Shown piece by piece: positions 36,525 to 46,446 of a DNA stretch of 64,000 bases. The stretch is from Sphingobacteriales bacterium (GTDB taxonomy: Bacteria > Bacteroidota > Bacteroidia > Chitinophagales > JADJOU01): positions 6,531 through 70,530 of the forward strand of contig JAJTHM010000049.1 of assembly GCA_021297855.1 (NCBI GenBank), in the 5' to 3' direction. Below the pieces are notes generated by a model, which saw nothing but the letters and a program-made list of their open reading frames with translations, did no database searches and had not been told where the DNA came from. The translations under genes and the position numbers were made by a program. Position 1 is the stretch's first letter. Each line of letters opens with the position of its first letter.

Positions 36525-37529
36525 TTATTCTTCTTTAAGCAATTTATGAAATGAGATCGCTCCTTTTAACCTTTTAAGTTTATCTAGTACTGGCAGAACC
36601 AGAATTGGAAAATTAATTTTTCGAATATATTCTATCATATCAGTAGTAGAATCGGTTTCATTGATACACTTGGGATTTCTATTGACAAAATCTTGAATTG
36701 GCATTTCATAGCTAAATTTTCCTTGTATTAACACCCTTCGAACATCAGCATTGGATATAACACCACCAAATTCGCCTTCGCGATTCAAATAAAAAGCTAT
36801 CCCCAACTGATACTGCTGAATAATTGAGAGTAAGTCTATCACAGTGGTCGTTTCAGTCACAAGCGGTAAATTCTCCTTTGATATACAAAAATCCTTGACT
36901 TGATACTCTGATCGCACATGATTGCTTCGAATCTGTATGATAGCCTGAGCCATATTTTCATGATTAAGCAGATAAGATCCTACCACAGCACTTTGCACCC
37001 CTATGAGCCTTAAAATGTAAGAAATTTCATGATTAACTCCTCCGTCAATGCACCAATGTACATTCGGAAATTTCTGCACCAATTGAGAAATCCTCACGAA
37101 ATGGGTTTTATCAAATCTGCCACCACTAACACCCGGGGTGGTCATCATTAGCAGGATAAAATCTACTTGGCTTTCAAAGTGTGCAATGGTATCTTCTAAA
37201 TCAGGATGTCCTATCATGATAGCTAAACCAATCTCTTTATACTCAAGCTTTGGAAAAGCAAAATCACCTTCTATCTCTTCTATTTGAAAGGATATACGGC
37301 GTATATTCTCTCTGTGTAAGTCCGAATAAAATGAAGCAGGATTTTTAGCAATCAGGTGAAGGTCAACAGGTGTGTCAGAAATCTTACTCAAAGAGTCTAT
37401 ATCCTCAAAGACAGAAAAATTTTCGCGACTATCTATATGCCAATAGTCTACCATAAGACCCTCCAATTCTCTCGCAGATTCTAAGAGAGTGGACTGTTTC
37501 CTTGAATAAAGGCTGGCTGACAATTTCAA
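36525..37529 (-). CDS. ribulose-phosphate-3-epimerase-fold protein fused to a C-terminal CBS pair
   Basis: The N-terminal ~210 aa has Rpe-like landmarks: YWHIDS, VDLHLIAKNP, ILLMMTTPGVSGGRF and WCIDGGVN. The canonical MDG.FVPN motif is absent. The C-terminal ~120 aa looks like two CBS motifs (GVISNADVRRVL; GAISFHKLLK). Confidence 0.6.
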   Translation of the reverse strand: MKLSASLYSRKQSTLLESARELEGLMVDYWHIDSRENFSVFEDIDSLSKISDTPVDLHLIAKNPASFYSDLHRENIRRISFQIEEIEGDFAFPKLEYKEIGLAIMIGHPDLEDTIAHFESQVDFILLMMTTPGVSGGRFDKTHFVRISQLVQKFPNVHWCIDGGVNHEISYILRLIGVQSAVVGSYLLNHENMAQAIIQIRSNHVRSEYQVKDFCISKENLPLVTETTTVIDLLSIIQQYQLGIAFYLNREGEFGGVISNADVRRVLIQGKFSYEMPIQDFVNRNPKCINETDSTTDMIEYIRKINFPILVLPVLDKLKRLKGAISFHKLLKEE

Positions 37530-37768
37530 TTCCTAGACTTTTTGATTTAAAATTTTATATACCAAAAATAATCGAATATTCAACATCTAGGTTTATTATA
37601 GGTTTTTTTAGCATAGTAAGTTTTGTCGAAACGCTCAGAGGTCATAGAATGATGAAATATCGATACTCAAATTTAGAAAATCAGCATCTACAACGATACT
37701 AAATCCTAAAAAAGAACGAATTTATTAATCTGTTTTTAGTACTTAAATTTATTTAGCTTTACACCCTC

Positions 37769-39322
37769 ATGAGCCTATCATCCCATTCTGAAGATCATCC
37801 ATCGATTTCGCCTGAAGATATTCAGCAGTGTATTGCCTTATTAAATCATCTGGTAGAGCATACGGAAGATATTTATCAAATCCCTTCGGATAAGCGCATG
37901 GAGCTCATCATAGCAGCGGGCAAGCTCTCACGACCGAATAGAGAGGATTTTAAAAAACAGAAAAAGGATGCCAAAGCCCTTTTGAAAAGAAAACAAGAAA
38001 CTCGAGACAGAACCGCACGAAAAGATACGGGCATTCGCACGGCGAGGGAAGCTAGCATTTTTATAGCGCCCAAACTATTAGGTACGGAAGAACTATCGAA
38101 AAAAAATCCGCGTGAACTGACCAAACCTCAGCTCTGCTATATCTGCAGGTCGGAATACACCACCATGCATCACTTCTATGATACCATGTGTCCAGACTGT
38201 GGTGATTTCAACTATGCTAAGCGATTTCAAATGGCCGATGTATCGGGTCAGATAGCCGTAGTGACGGGCTCTCGCTTGAAAATAGGCTATCATATCTGTC
38301 TGCTTCTCCTGCGGGGTGGCGCTACTGTCATAGCTACCACTCGCTTTCCCATAGACTCTGCCCTTCGATTTTCGAAAGAAGAGGATTTTGCAGATTGGGG
38401 ACATCGGTTGAAAATACATGGATTAGATCTCCGACATATACCGAGTGTGGAAATTTTCTGCAACTATATCGAGCAGAAGTATCAGCGACTGGATATCCTC
38501 ATCAATAATGCTGCGCAGACCGTTCGCCGTCCATCTGGCTTCTATGGTCACCTCATGGCTAATGAGACTCAACCGATTCAAAGTCTCCCTACCCCAGTTC
38601 AGAATTTATTGGAAGACCATGATGCCTGCATTCAAAATTTATCCGCCCTCAATCATACAACCTCCTCCAATGAGAATCTCCCAGTAACATGGCACGGCGC
38701 GGAGCAGGGCATTGGCATTCGGGCATCGGCACAGCTATCGCAGATACCCTATAGTTTTGACAAAACGCTGGTCGAAAAAGAGGTGTTTCCCGAAGGGGAA
38801 CTCGATGCAGATCTACAGCAGGTAGACCTCCGAAAAGTGAATAGCTGGCGTCTCAAACTAGGACAGATAGAAACGACCGAGATGATCGAAGTACAACTGG
38901 TGAATTCGGTAGCGCCTTTTGTGCTCTGCAATAGACTTTCTGAACTCATGAAAAAAGACCATACCGGCAAAAAACATATTGTCAATGTGACGGCTATGGA
39001 GGGGAAATTTTATCCGAATTTCAAAGAAGATAGACATCCTCATACGAATATGGCCAAGGCGGCGCTCAATATGCTCACGCACACGGCCGCAGGCACGCTA
39101 GCAAAGGATGGCATTTTCATGAATGCGGTGGATACAGGCTGGGTCACAGACGAAGATCCTGCCGAGCTAGCCAAAATGAAACAAGAAAAAATGGATTTTC
39201 ACCCACCGCTTGACATAGTAGATGGTGCTGCCAGAGTACTAGACCCCCTTTTTGATGGGATCAATACGGGAAAGCATTGGTGTGGGAAGTTTTTGAAAGA
39301 TTATAAGCCGACAAGCTGGTAG
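37769..39322 (+). CDS. SDR-family oxidoreductase with N-terminal extension containing a CxxC...CxxC zinc-ribbon-like motif
   Basis: The Rossmann motif is [14 protein letters not shown], with NNAA and a YxxxK-like region ([12 protein letters not shown]). The N-terminal ~150 aa contains [25 protein letters not shown]. Confidence 0.75.
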   Translation: MSLSSHSEDHPSISPEDIQQCIALLNHLVEHTEDIYQIPSDKRMELIIAAGKLSRPNREDFKKQKKDAKALLKRKQETRDRTARKDTGIRTAREASIFIAPKLLGTEELSKKNPRELTKPQLCYICRSEYTTMHHFYDTMCPDCGDFNYAKRFQMADVSGQIAVVTGSRLKIGYHICLLLLRGGATVIATTRFPIDSALRFSKEEDFADWGHRLKIHGLDLRHIPSVEIFCNYIEQKYQRLDILINNAAQTVRRPSGFYGHLMANETQPIQSLPTPVQNLLEDHDACIQNLSALNHTTSSNENLPVTWHGAEQGIGIRASAQLSQIPYSFDKTLVEKEVFPEGELDADLQQVDLRKVNSWRLKLGQIETTEMIEVQLVNSVAPFVLCNRLSELMKKDHTGKKHIVNVTAMEGKFYPNFKEDRHPHTNMAKAALNMLTHTAAGTLAKDGIFMNAVDTGWVTDEDPAELAKMKQEKMDFHPPLDIVDGAARVLDPLFDGINTGKHWCGKFLKDYKPTSW

Positions 39323-39373
39323 AGTAATTGGACTCATAAGACTTCCGAGAAGTCTTATAGATGCGAACGGCAT

Positions 39374-39403
39374 AAAAAAAGCTACCCTCGGGTAGCTTTT
39401 TTT
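39374..39403. terminator. bidirectional intrinsic terminator between convergent SDR and rplY genes
   Basis: The sequence is AAAAAAA-GCTACC-CTCG-GGTAGC-TTTTTTT, a perfect stem flanked by an A7/T7 pair, so it can terminate transcription on either strand. Confidence 0.8.
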
Positions 39404-39427
39404 GTAATAGTACATAAATTAATAATC

Positions 39428-40018
39428 TTACTTTCCACCTGCAGCTGCTGCAGCTGCCGTTTGAGCACTTCTCAATGCTCTAGGTATAGAGATAGAGATA
39501 ATAGGAATAGCTGGTGCATTGAGTATTTCCCAACCATTAGTGATAATATCTCTTACTCTCAATGACTTTCCTAGTTCTAGTGGAGTCACATCGACCTCTA
39601 CAAATGTTGGTATATTATCCGCATCTGCTTTGATCTTGATTTTTCTCAATTTGATTTCCAATTTACCACCCGCTTGCTGACCTTTAGAGAAGCCTTTCGC
39701 TATGATAGGAATTTCTGTTTTTACTTTCTTTCCTGCTGTGAGCTCTTGAAAATCTATGTGTATCATGCTGTCATTGACTGGATGAAACTGAATTTCTTTA
39801 ACGATAGCTTTTTTAACTTGACCGTCTATACTGATTTCAAATACCTTAAATTTATCTGTATAAATACCTTTTTTCAAAGGGTTATATTCTACAGTAAAAG
39901 AGATATTGTCACCACCGCCGTATAGATTACATGGTACTAAATTGCCATTTCGAACTGCTTTGGTGGCTTTTTTCCCGATTTGCTCTCTTTTTTGAGCCTC
40001 TAATTTTACGATTTCCAT
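39428..40018 (-). CDS. rplY: 50S ribosomal protein L25 / general stress protein Ctc
   Basis: LEAQKREQIGKKATKAVRNGNLVPCNLYGGG and VKEIQFHPV match long-form L25. The C-terminal tail is Ala-rich. Confidence 0.9.
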   Translation of the reverse strand: MEIVKLEAQKREQIGKKATKAVRNGNLVPCNLYGGGDNISFTVEYNPLKKGIYTDKFKVFEISIDGQVKKAIVKEIQFHPVNDSMIHIDFQELTAGKKVKTEIPIIAKGFSKGQQAGGKLEIKLRKIKIKADADNIPTFVEVDVTPLELGKSLRVRDIITNGWEILNAPAIPIISISIPRALRSAQTAAAAAAGGK

Positions 40019-40972
40019 TTATGATGATTTTAATGTGTTTTTAATAAATAATGAATGAATTGATTTGTACTGAAACGTACTTTCTATCGCACTAGCAAAT
40101 AAATCTGCTACCGTGATAACTTTTATTTTATTATCTGTCCTATGAAGAGGAATGGTATCGGAAACAGCCAATTCTACTAGTGAAGATTTCTCTACATTTT
40201 CATAGGCTTTGCCGCTCAAAACTGGATGCGTACACATAGCGCGCACGCTCACTGCCCCGTTCTCCATAAGTAAATCAGCAGCCTTGCAAAGCGTATTTCC
40301 AGTATCGATTATATCATCGACTAGAATTACATTTTTACCTCTGACATCTCCTATGAGGGTCATTTCTGCTACTTCATTATGCTTTTTTCTATATTTATCG
40401 CAGATAACCATTTCACAGTTAAACTGCTGGGCATAGTATCGAGCTCGCTTCGTACTGCCTACATCTGGTGCTGCTATACAGAGGTTGTCCAGATTTAAAC
40501 TATTTAAATAGGGGATAAAAATAGATGAGCCAAACAAATGATCTAAGGGAATATTGAAAAAGCCCTGAATCTGATCTGCATGAACGTCCATAGTCATTAC
40601 TCGACTAGCGCCGGCTACGGTCAAAAGGTCTGCAACAAGTTTGGAAGCTATACTCACTCTCGGTCTATCCTTTCTATCCTGTCTGGCATAACCATAATAT
40701 GGCATCACGACAGTGATATATCGCGCTGAAGCTCTTTTACAAGCATCTACAAGCATCAATAGCTCCATCAAATTGTCTGAAGGCTGGAAAGTAGATTGAA
40801 TAATAAATACGTGATGTCCTCTGATAGAATCATTGATGACAGGCTGAAATTCTCCATCGCTGAATTGATTGACAGTGACATCACACAAAGGGATGTTCAT
40901 AATCTTAGATACAGACTCCGATAGAGTTCTAGATCCACGACCACTTATCAATTTTACTTCAGTTTCCTGCAT
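40019..40972 (-). CDS. prs: ribose-phosphate pyrophosphokinase
   Basis: It has FSDGE, YYGYARQDRK, VMTMDVHADQIQGFF and the PRPP-binding loop VILVDDIIDTGNT. It abuts rplY with no gap. Confidence 0.95.
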   Translation of the reverse strand: MQETEVKLISGRGSRTLSESVSKIMNIPLCDVTVNQFSDGEFQPVINDSIRGHHVFIIQSTFQPSDNLMELLMLVDACKRASARYITVVMPYYGYARQDRKDRPRVSIASKLVADLLTVAGASRVMTMDVHADQIQGFFNIPLDHLFGSSIFIPYLNSLNLDNLCIAAPDVGSTKRARYYAQQFNCEMVICDKYRKKHNEVAEMTLIGDVRGKNVILVDDIIDTGNTLCKAADLLMENGAVSVRAMCTHPVLSGKAYENVEKSSLVELAVSDTIPLHRTDNKIKVITVADLFASAIESTFQYKSIHSLFIKNTLKSS

Positions 40973-40999
40973 TTCAGAGAAAATAGTTTATTTAAGAAA

Positions 41000-41557
41000 T
41001 TATTCCGCTGGAGTCTCAGGAGTTTCCGCTACAGCAGCTTCTGCTTCTGGAGTCTCAGCTACTTCTGCTTCAACTGCCTCAGCTGGAGATTCCTCCGCAG
41101 GCTTAGATGCTTCTTCTAATTTCTTTGCGTATTCTTCTTTTTTCTTGGTCTCTTCAGCCAAAGCAGCCGCTTTCTTAGTTGCTCTAGATTTAGCTACTTG
41201 GTCGATATGAGCTTCTACAGATTTCTCTTTGCTAGCCAACCACTCTTGAAGCTTAGTCTCCATTTCTTGCTCTGTCATAGCGCCTTTTCGAACGCCTCTT
41301 GCTAGGTGTTTTTTATACATTACACCTTTGTAGGATAGGATTCTAGCACAGGTATCGGAAGGCTCAGCACCTTTCATTACCCAGTCGAATGCCTTGTCGA
41401 AGTCAACGTTGATGGTAGCAGGCACGGTCAATGGATTGTAGTCACCGATACGATCGATAAACTTACCATCTCTTCTCGCTCTGCTGTCTGCTACTACGAT
41501 GTAATAATACGGTCTTTTGCTTCTACCGTGTCTTTGTAATCTGATTTTTGTTGCCAT
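41000..41557 (-). CDS. rpsP: 30S ribosomal protein S16 with long acidic Ala/Glu/Pro-rich C-terminal extension
   Basis: MATKIRLQRHGRSKRPYYYIVVADSRARRDGKFIDRIGDYNP is canonical S16. An extra ~95-aa tail (…AEESPAEAVEAEVAETPEAEAAVAETPETPAE) follows. Confidence 0.95.
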   Translation of the reverse strand: MATKIRLQRHGRSKRPYYYIVVADSRARRDGKFIDRIGDYNPLTVPATINVDFDKAFDWVMKGAEPSDTCARILSYKGVMYKKHLARGVRKGAMTEQEMETKLQEWLASKEKSVEAHIDQVAKSRATKKAAALAEETKKKEEYAKKLEEASKPAEESPAEAVEAEVAETPEAEAAVAETPETPAE

Positions 41558-41769
41558 TTAACTTGAAAATTAATTAAAAGTTAGTTAATAAATAAATTTT
41601 AGGAGCGCAAAGATAAGAAATTTAAAATGAATAAACTGTAGAAATTGATAATAACCTCTAGAACGGAACTTTTTAGGAGCTATTTCCCGCTATGCGCTTG
41701 TAGTCCTCGCTCCTTCGTCGCTGTGGGCTACCGCTCCTATCGGGGCTAGGGCATGGGATATCATACAAA

Positions 41770-44331
41770 CTACCTCACCACCTGAAAACTACCCGAATAG
41801 GTTTGTTTCACGCCATTGAGTAGTACCACCTCGGCATAGTAGCTATACATGCCAGTCTGCACTGGATGACCTTTATATGTCCCATTCCATGCAGGCTGCA
41901 TATTGGTGGCTTGATACACCTTTTCTCCCCAGCGGTTATAGACGGCGTATGTATAAGATAGGATATTGGCTACATTGGGGAAATAGGTATCATTGAGCGA
42001 ATCGCCATTCGGACTAAACGCTGTCGGAAAGCCCACTGCCCAGCTATCATATATATTGACCTTCACATCTTTATAGGCTTTGCAACCCTTTGCATCGGTA
42101 AATTCTAACTTGACTACTGCACTGCTATCTAGCTTGAATCTAACAGTTCGACAACTATCACAGCTAAAAATCTGCGACGGACTCCAGCGATACTTGCCAC
42201 CGACATCGCTTGGTTTTATTTTAGGGTTCAGTATTAACAGCTCTCCTTTATAATTACTCAGTTCATCTTCTAGAATGATCTCTGTGTCGTTATAAAAACT
42301 CAACTTAGCCGAATCAAGCCCCAAACAATTCGCCGTATCGGTATAGCTTAGCTTATACTCCCCTAGCTGAGATACCTGAATAGAAGGCGTCTGCGCTCCT
42401 GTAGTCCAGAGATAATTTATATGTCCTATCCCAGCATCGAAGACAGCATAGGAGCCTTTGCAAATAGCGGTATCCTTGAGTTTTTTAATAGGCTTGGCAT
42501 TGCGAAGAGTCAGTACTAGGGTGCGGATACTATCACAACCCTTGGCATTGAGAAAAGTATCGAGGTAAGTGCCTGCTTGTGATTCTCCCTCATAGCTATC
42601 CCCACGGCAGATTTCTTTCGTGAGAGTGAAAAAGCTCTTGGTGTTTACTGTCAGATTTAGTGTGCGAGTACTATCACAGCCATTGGCTGCTGAGAGGATA
42701 TCCGTATGGATACCAGTGGTACTATGCCCCCAGTAACTCTGTCCTTCACAGATAGTCTGGCTATAGCTCGAACTGCTAGGCTCTTTGATAGCCAGCTTAA
42801 TGACTCTGTAGGTGACACAGCCCTGTGTGCTGGTCAGCGTATCGTAGTAGGTACCTGCGGCGGTATAACCTGCTAGGCTCTGCCCTCGGCAGATAGCCGT
42901 ATCTATGAGCTGGTTTTTAGGTATCACAGTGAGGTTTAACTGGCGGATACTATCGCAGCCATTCGACCCTGTGAAGGTATCTCGATAGCTACCGGATACG
43001 GAGCGACCATAGACCGATACCCCTTCACAGACGGTAGAGTCTATCGTTTTTATATTCTGTGGTCTTACGGTCAGGGTGAGCGTATGGATGCTATCGCATT
43101 TCAGCGGGTCTGGGTAGCGAAAGACATAGCTACCTGTCGTAGTCTTCCCTAGATAGGAGCCACCGAAGCAGATCGTCTTAGTTTCACTACTGATACGAGG
43201 CGGATAGACCTCGATAGGCACGGTGAGGGAGTCGAGTAGACTCTCACAGCGGTAGCCATAGGCGATTATTTTATAGCTCTTAGTGGCACTAGGCTTGAGG
43301 CTGATTTCAGATCCACTGGCCACTGTGCGGATAGCTACCTCTGCACTCATAGGGACGACCCGCAGGCTATCATAGCCCGCACGCACCTTCACTATGGTGC
43401 TATCGCCTACACAGATTTTATACTTAATATTTCGGTCGATAAACTTCTCCGACAGGCTATAGTTTATGCAGCTATAGTCGGGGTCGTAGCGCCAGAGGTC
43501 GTTACCATAAGTAAAGTTGTAAGGATTATTAGGATCAGTATAGTCTACAACATTATAATAATTTCCCCCGAATAAATAAAGCCTATCTTGATTGTCGGAC
43601 CACATCAATGCCAACTGCCTTGCAGGAGGTTTATTGGCAGGACTCGATACGCCTTTCTGCCCATAATGATAGGTAGTGTCTCCCAGTTTACCATAGACCC
43701 ATATCCATCGATTGTCTAAAGGCTTGTAGAGCCACAAATCGTTTAAAAAAGTTAACAAATTGCCTCTTAAACCAGAATTATACCAAAGGGAATTATTACA
43801 TACTCTTGTGTTAACACTATTAGCATGATTTCTTGAACTAGGAAAAAGTCCAGGACTATCTAAACAGGGTTTACTGGAATAAACCCCAGGGTGATTGAAA
43901 CTAGCCTTGGTCTCCCCATTCAACCAAGTCCATAATCCTGTATTGATATCGTATTCCCATAATTCTGATAAATAATTATTAGAAGATAACTCTGCACCTC
44001 CAACGTAAAACAACTTACTTCCAACCACCCAGCCTGAAGTAGAACCGTACATATTTGGAGGCCAATTATTTGCATTGGCTATTCCTTTGATCCCATAGCT
44101 ATAATAGGAGCCAGGCGAAGTACTCCCTCCATGCCAAGTCCATAAACCCGTCGTCATATTATATTCCCATAGGTCGTTGCTATTCAGTATGCCATAAGAT
44201 CTCCCACCAAACATAAAAGCCTTATCACGATAACTCCAGGTAGCAGTAGAAATTTTATCCATTGGCCAATTAGACGAAGAAGCAACTCCTTTAGTGCCAA
44301 AACTCGAATAATTTATTCGATAGTCAATGAC
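41770..44331 (-). pseudogene. C-terminal 853 codons of an IS-interrupted Kelch / Cys-repeat / T9SS type-B (CHU_C, gliding-motility C-terminal) protein
   Basis: The frame is open right up to the IS boundary, and the ORF track starts it at an internal Met at 44262. It aligns by eye to residues ~180-1033 of the intact paralog at 46757..49858. It ends in FPTAFSPNGDSLNDTYFP...YNRWGEKVY...GTYKG (type-B sorting domain). Confidence 0.85.
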
Positions 44332-45556
44332 TAGTCCTGTTCGAAACCCAGTTGTGATTTAGTCAAAGCTTTGCTATATTGCTGTTCCATGAAAGTGGAA
44401 GAAATATTAAGCTACATATCAGAGAAGGAATTAGATTTTCTAGCATTAGAGACTTCGGTTGATGTACAAGTGAAAAAGCTACACGGAGCTAAGGTTTTCA
44501 AGATTATATTGTATTCTATGCTAAACTCAGATAAAGTAAGTTTGAGGGTTATGGAATCTATAATTAACTCTTCTAGGTTCAAATTCATTTCAGGAATTGA
44601 TGATTTAAATACAAAATACAATTCTATTCGAGATAGGCTTTGTACGATTAATTGTACATTTTTTGAGCGATTATTTGAGTCCGTTTTTATAAAATACAAT
44701 GAATTGCTAGAAGAGCAGTCTGCAATAACTAAAGTAGATAGTACATTTATTGGAATATCTACAAGTCTTCTTAAATGGGGTATGAAAAATGGTCAATCAG
44801 ACAAAAATAGGTTTATAAAAATGACTATTTCTCTCAAAGGGAGCTTGCCTTCCAGTGCTCAACTCTATATAGAACAATCATTTGTTAATGAAAACCTAGC
44901 ATTGGCAGATGCTATCTTAAAAAACAACCACTTGAATGATTCCATTGTAACTTTTGATAGGGGATTACAGACACGAAAAAAATTTGTAGATTTTACGGAT
45001 AAAAATATTCTGTTTGTTGCAAGAATTAAAACGGATACAGCATATAAAATAGCGAAAGAAAGAACCTTGTCTTCAAAAATCGAAAATGAAAATCTACTAA
45101 TAACTCAAGACCTAGAAATCTACTTTAAAATGAATGGTGCTTATAGAAAACAGCATACATTTAGATTAATAATTGGATACATAAAAGAAAGTAGAAAGCC
45201 AATATATTTTATAACCAATAATCTTGACCTAGAGCCAATGGAAATAGCAGAAATTTATCGTCAAAGGTGGGATATAGAAGTATTCTTTAGATATTTAAAA
45301 CAGAATTTGAACTTAAAACACATCGTGTCTCGCAATGAAAATGCAATTAAGGTAATGCTATATATGACCTTAATCTTATCTATATTGATAATTGTATACA
45401 AAAAGAAAAACAAGATAAGCAGTTACAAAATTGCCAAATTAAAATTTGAAATAGAACTTGAAAATTTTATTATGAAAGAAGTTGTAATACTATGCGGAGG
45501 AGATCCGAATAGGGCTAAGCATTTATTTAACTCATCGTAGGTTTCGAACAGGACTA
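44332..45556 (+). mobile_element. IS4-family insertion sequence (about 1.2 kb) with 17-bp perfect terminal inverted repeats and 9-bp target-site duplication
   Basis: IRL is TAGTCCTGTTCGAAACC (44332-48) and IRR is GGTTTCGAACAGGACTA (45540-56). The flanking direct repeat GTCAATGAC lies at 44323-31 and 45557-65. It contains a single transposase ORF. Confidence 0.9.
44389..45540 (+). CDS. IS4-family DDE transposase
   Basis: It has the C-terminal Y-x2-R-x3-E-x6-K signature (YRQRWDIEVFFRYLK). The ATG at 44389 (MKVEEILSY) is preferred. The stop codon abuts IRR. Confidence 0.88.
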   Translation: MKVEEILSYISEKELDFLALETSVDVQVKKLHGAKVFKIILYSMLNSDKVSLRVMESIINSSRFKFISGIDDLNTKYNSIRDRLCTINCTFFERLFESVFIKYNELLEEQSAITKVDSTFIGISTSLLKWGMKNGQSDKNRFIKMTISLKGSLPSSAQLYIEQSFVNENLALADAILKNNHLNDSIVTFDRGLQTRKKFVDFTDKNILFVARIKTDTAYKIAKERTLSSKIENENLLITQDLEIYFKMNGAYRKQHTFRLIIGYIKESRKPIYFITNNLDLEPMEIAEIYRQRWDIEVFFRYLKQNLNLKHIVSRNENAIKVMLYMTLILSILIIVYKKKNKISSYKIAKLKFEIELENFIMKEVVILCGGDPNRAKHLFNSS

Positions 45557-46087
45557 GTCAATGACTTTAAATCGTTTGGAACCAATCTCAAATTTAATTA
45601 CTAAATTACAAAAAATGCCGTTTAGAGATACTATGTTATTATAGTACCAAAGATTCCCAATACTATCCGTCCAATTTGGGAGTAAGAATCTCTCATGCGC
45701 TAACTTCATTCTTAAATTCGTTTTAAATGAATCGGGCAAGGTCCCATCGATATATAAAGTATCATAGCCTGCTTCCCAAGTCCATAGATTGCTTCGATAA
45801 TCATAAGACCATACCTCGGGAGTGTCTGTATTATTACCAGCAAATCCTCCCAATACCCAGAATTTATCAGTGGCATCTTTCCAGTTGATTCCTGAATGTA
45901 AACTTCTAGGGGGAAGGTTGGAAATAGAGGCTATGCCTTTGGTTCCTCGAGTGGTGGTATGTACACTGGACACTTGTCCTGAATATTGAGTCACCGAATC
46001 GCCATGCAGCCATGTCCATACGCCCTGCGCAGAAGTAGAGCTAACAGCTATGCTAAGAAAGAATAAGATATATAGCGAGCGTGTCAT
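45554..46087 (-). pseudogene. N-terminal fragment (signal peptide + first Kelch-like blades) of the IS-interrupted Kelch/CHU_C gene
   Basis: MTRSLYILFFLSIAVSSTSAQGVWTWLHGDSVTQ... parallels the paralog N-terminus MKFRLSILFLLTIGYHIAKGQGTWTWLHGDSVTQ. The ORF terminates at a TAG created at the duplication/IRR junction. Confidence 0.85.
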
Positions 46088-46140
46088 GATTGAACTCTAG
46101 AGTCTAGTACAAAGATAGTGAATAAGCTTCCAAAATTAAA

Positions 46141-46446
46141 TCATTCAGTATCCATCAGTCTATTCTCAAAATCCATTTTCTCATGCAAGACCCTAATAAT
46201 TTCTATCTTCTTTGACTCGTTTATCTTGTAAAAAATGATATGTGATTTTACTTTCGATGATCTGTAGCCCAACCGAATATAGTCTATAGACTTACCTGAA
46301 TTAGGATTGTGCGATAGGTAATTTATCTCTTGTATAATCAGAAGATAATATCTATCCGCCTGCTCCAACGACCATTTTTCAAGCGTGTATATCCATATCT
46401 CATCGATATCTTTTAAAGCTAATTCACTGATTGAATATGAACTCAC
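46141..46446 (-). CDS. parE: type II toxin, ParE/RelE family
   Basis: ALKDIDEIWIYTLEKWSLEQADRYY...NPNSGKS...RSSKVKSHIIFYKI..KKIEIIRVLHEKMD is the canonical ParE pattern. It overlaps the upstream antitoxin gene by 4 nt. Confidence 0.85.
   Translation of the reverse strand: MSSYSISELALKDIDEIWIYTLEKWSLEQADRYYLLIIQEINYLSHNPNSGKSIDYIRLGYRSSKVKSHIIFYKINESKKIEIIRVLHEKMDFENRLMDTE

Noticed and set aside
37502-37702. 66-aa + strand ORF in the Rpe-like/SDR divergent intergenic region.
   Set aside because: It starts inside the 5' end of the minus-strand gene, is AT-rich with low-complexity sequence and no motif, and is most likely promoter DNA.
40869-41210. 113-aa + strand Ala/Ser-rich ORF spanning the prs-rpsP junction.
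   Set aside because: It is the reverse-complement shadow of the GAA/GCT-rich C-terminal tail of S16 and of the prs 5' end, and its product is low-complexity.
41660-41765. GC-rich patch (aggagctatttcccgctatgcgcttgtagtcctcgctccttcgtcgctgtgggctaccgctcctatcggggctagggcatggga) between rpsP and the Kelch pseudogene; considered as a tRNA or small structured RNA.
   Set aside because: I could not fold it into a cloverleaf or a convincing long stem. It resembles GC-rich 'CCGCT...' debris I recall from other Bacteroidota intergenic regions. There is too little evidence to call it a feature.
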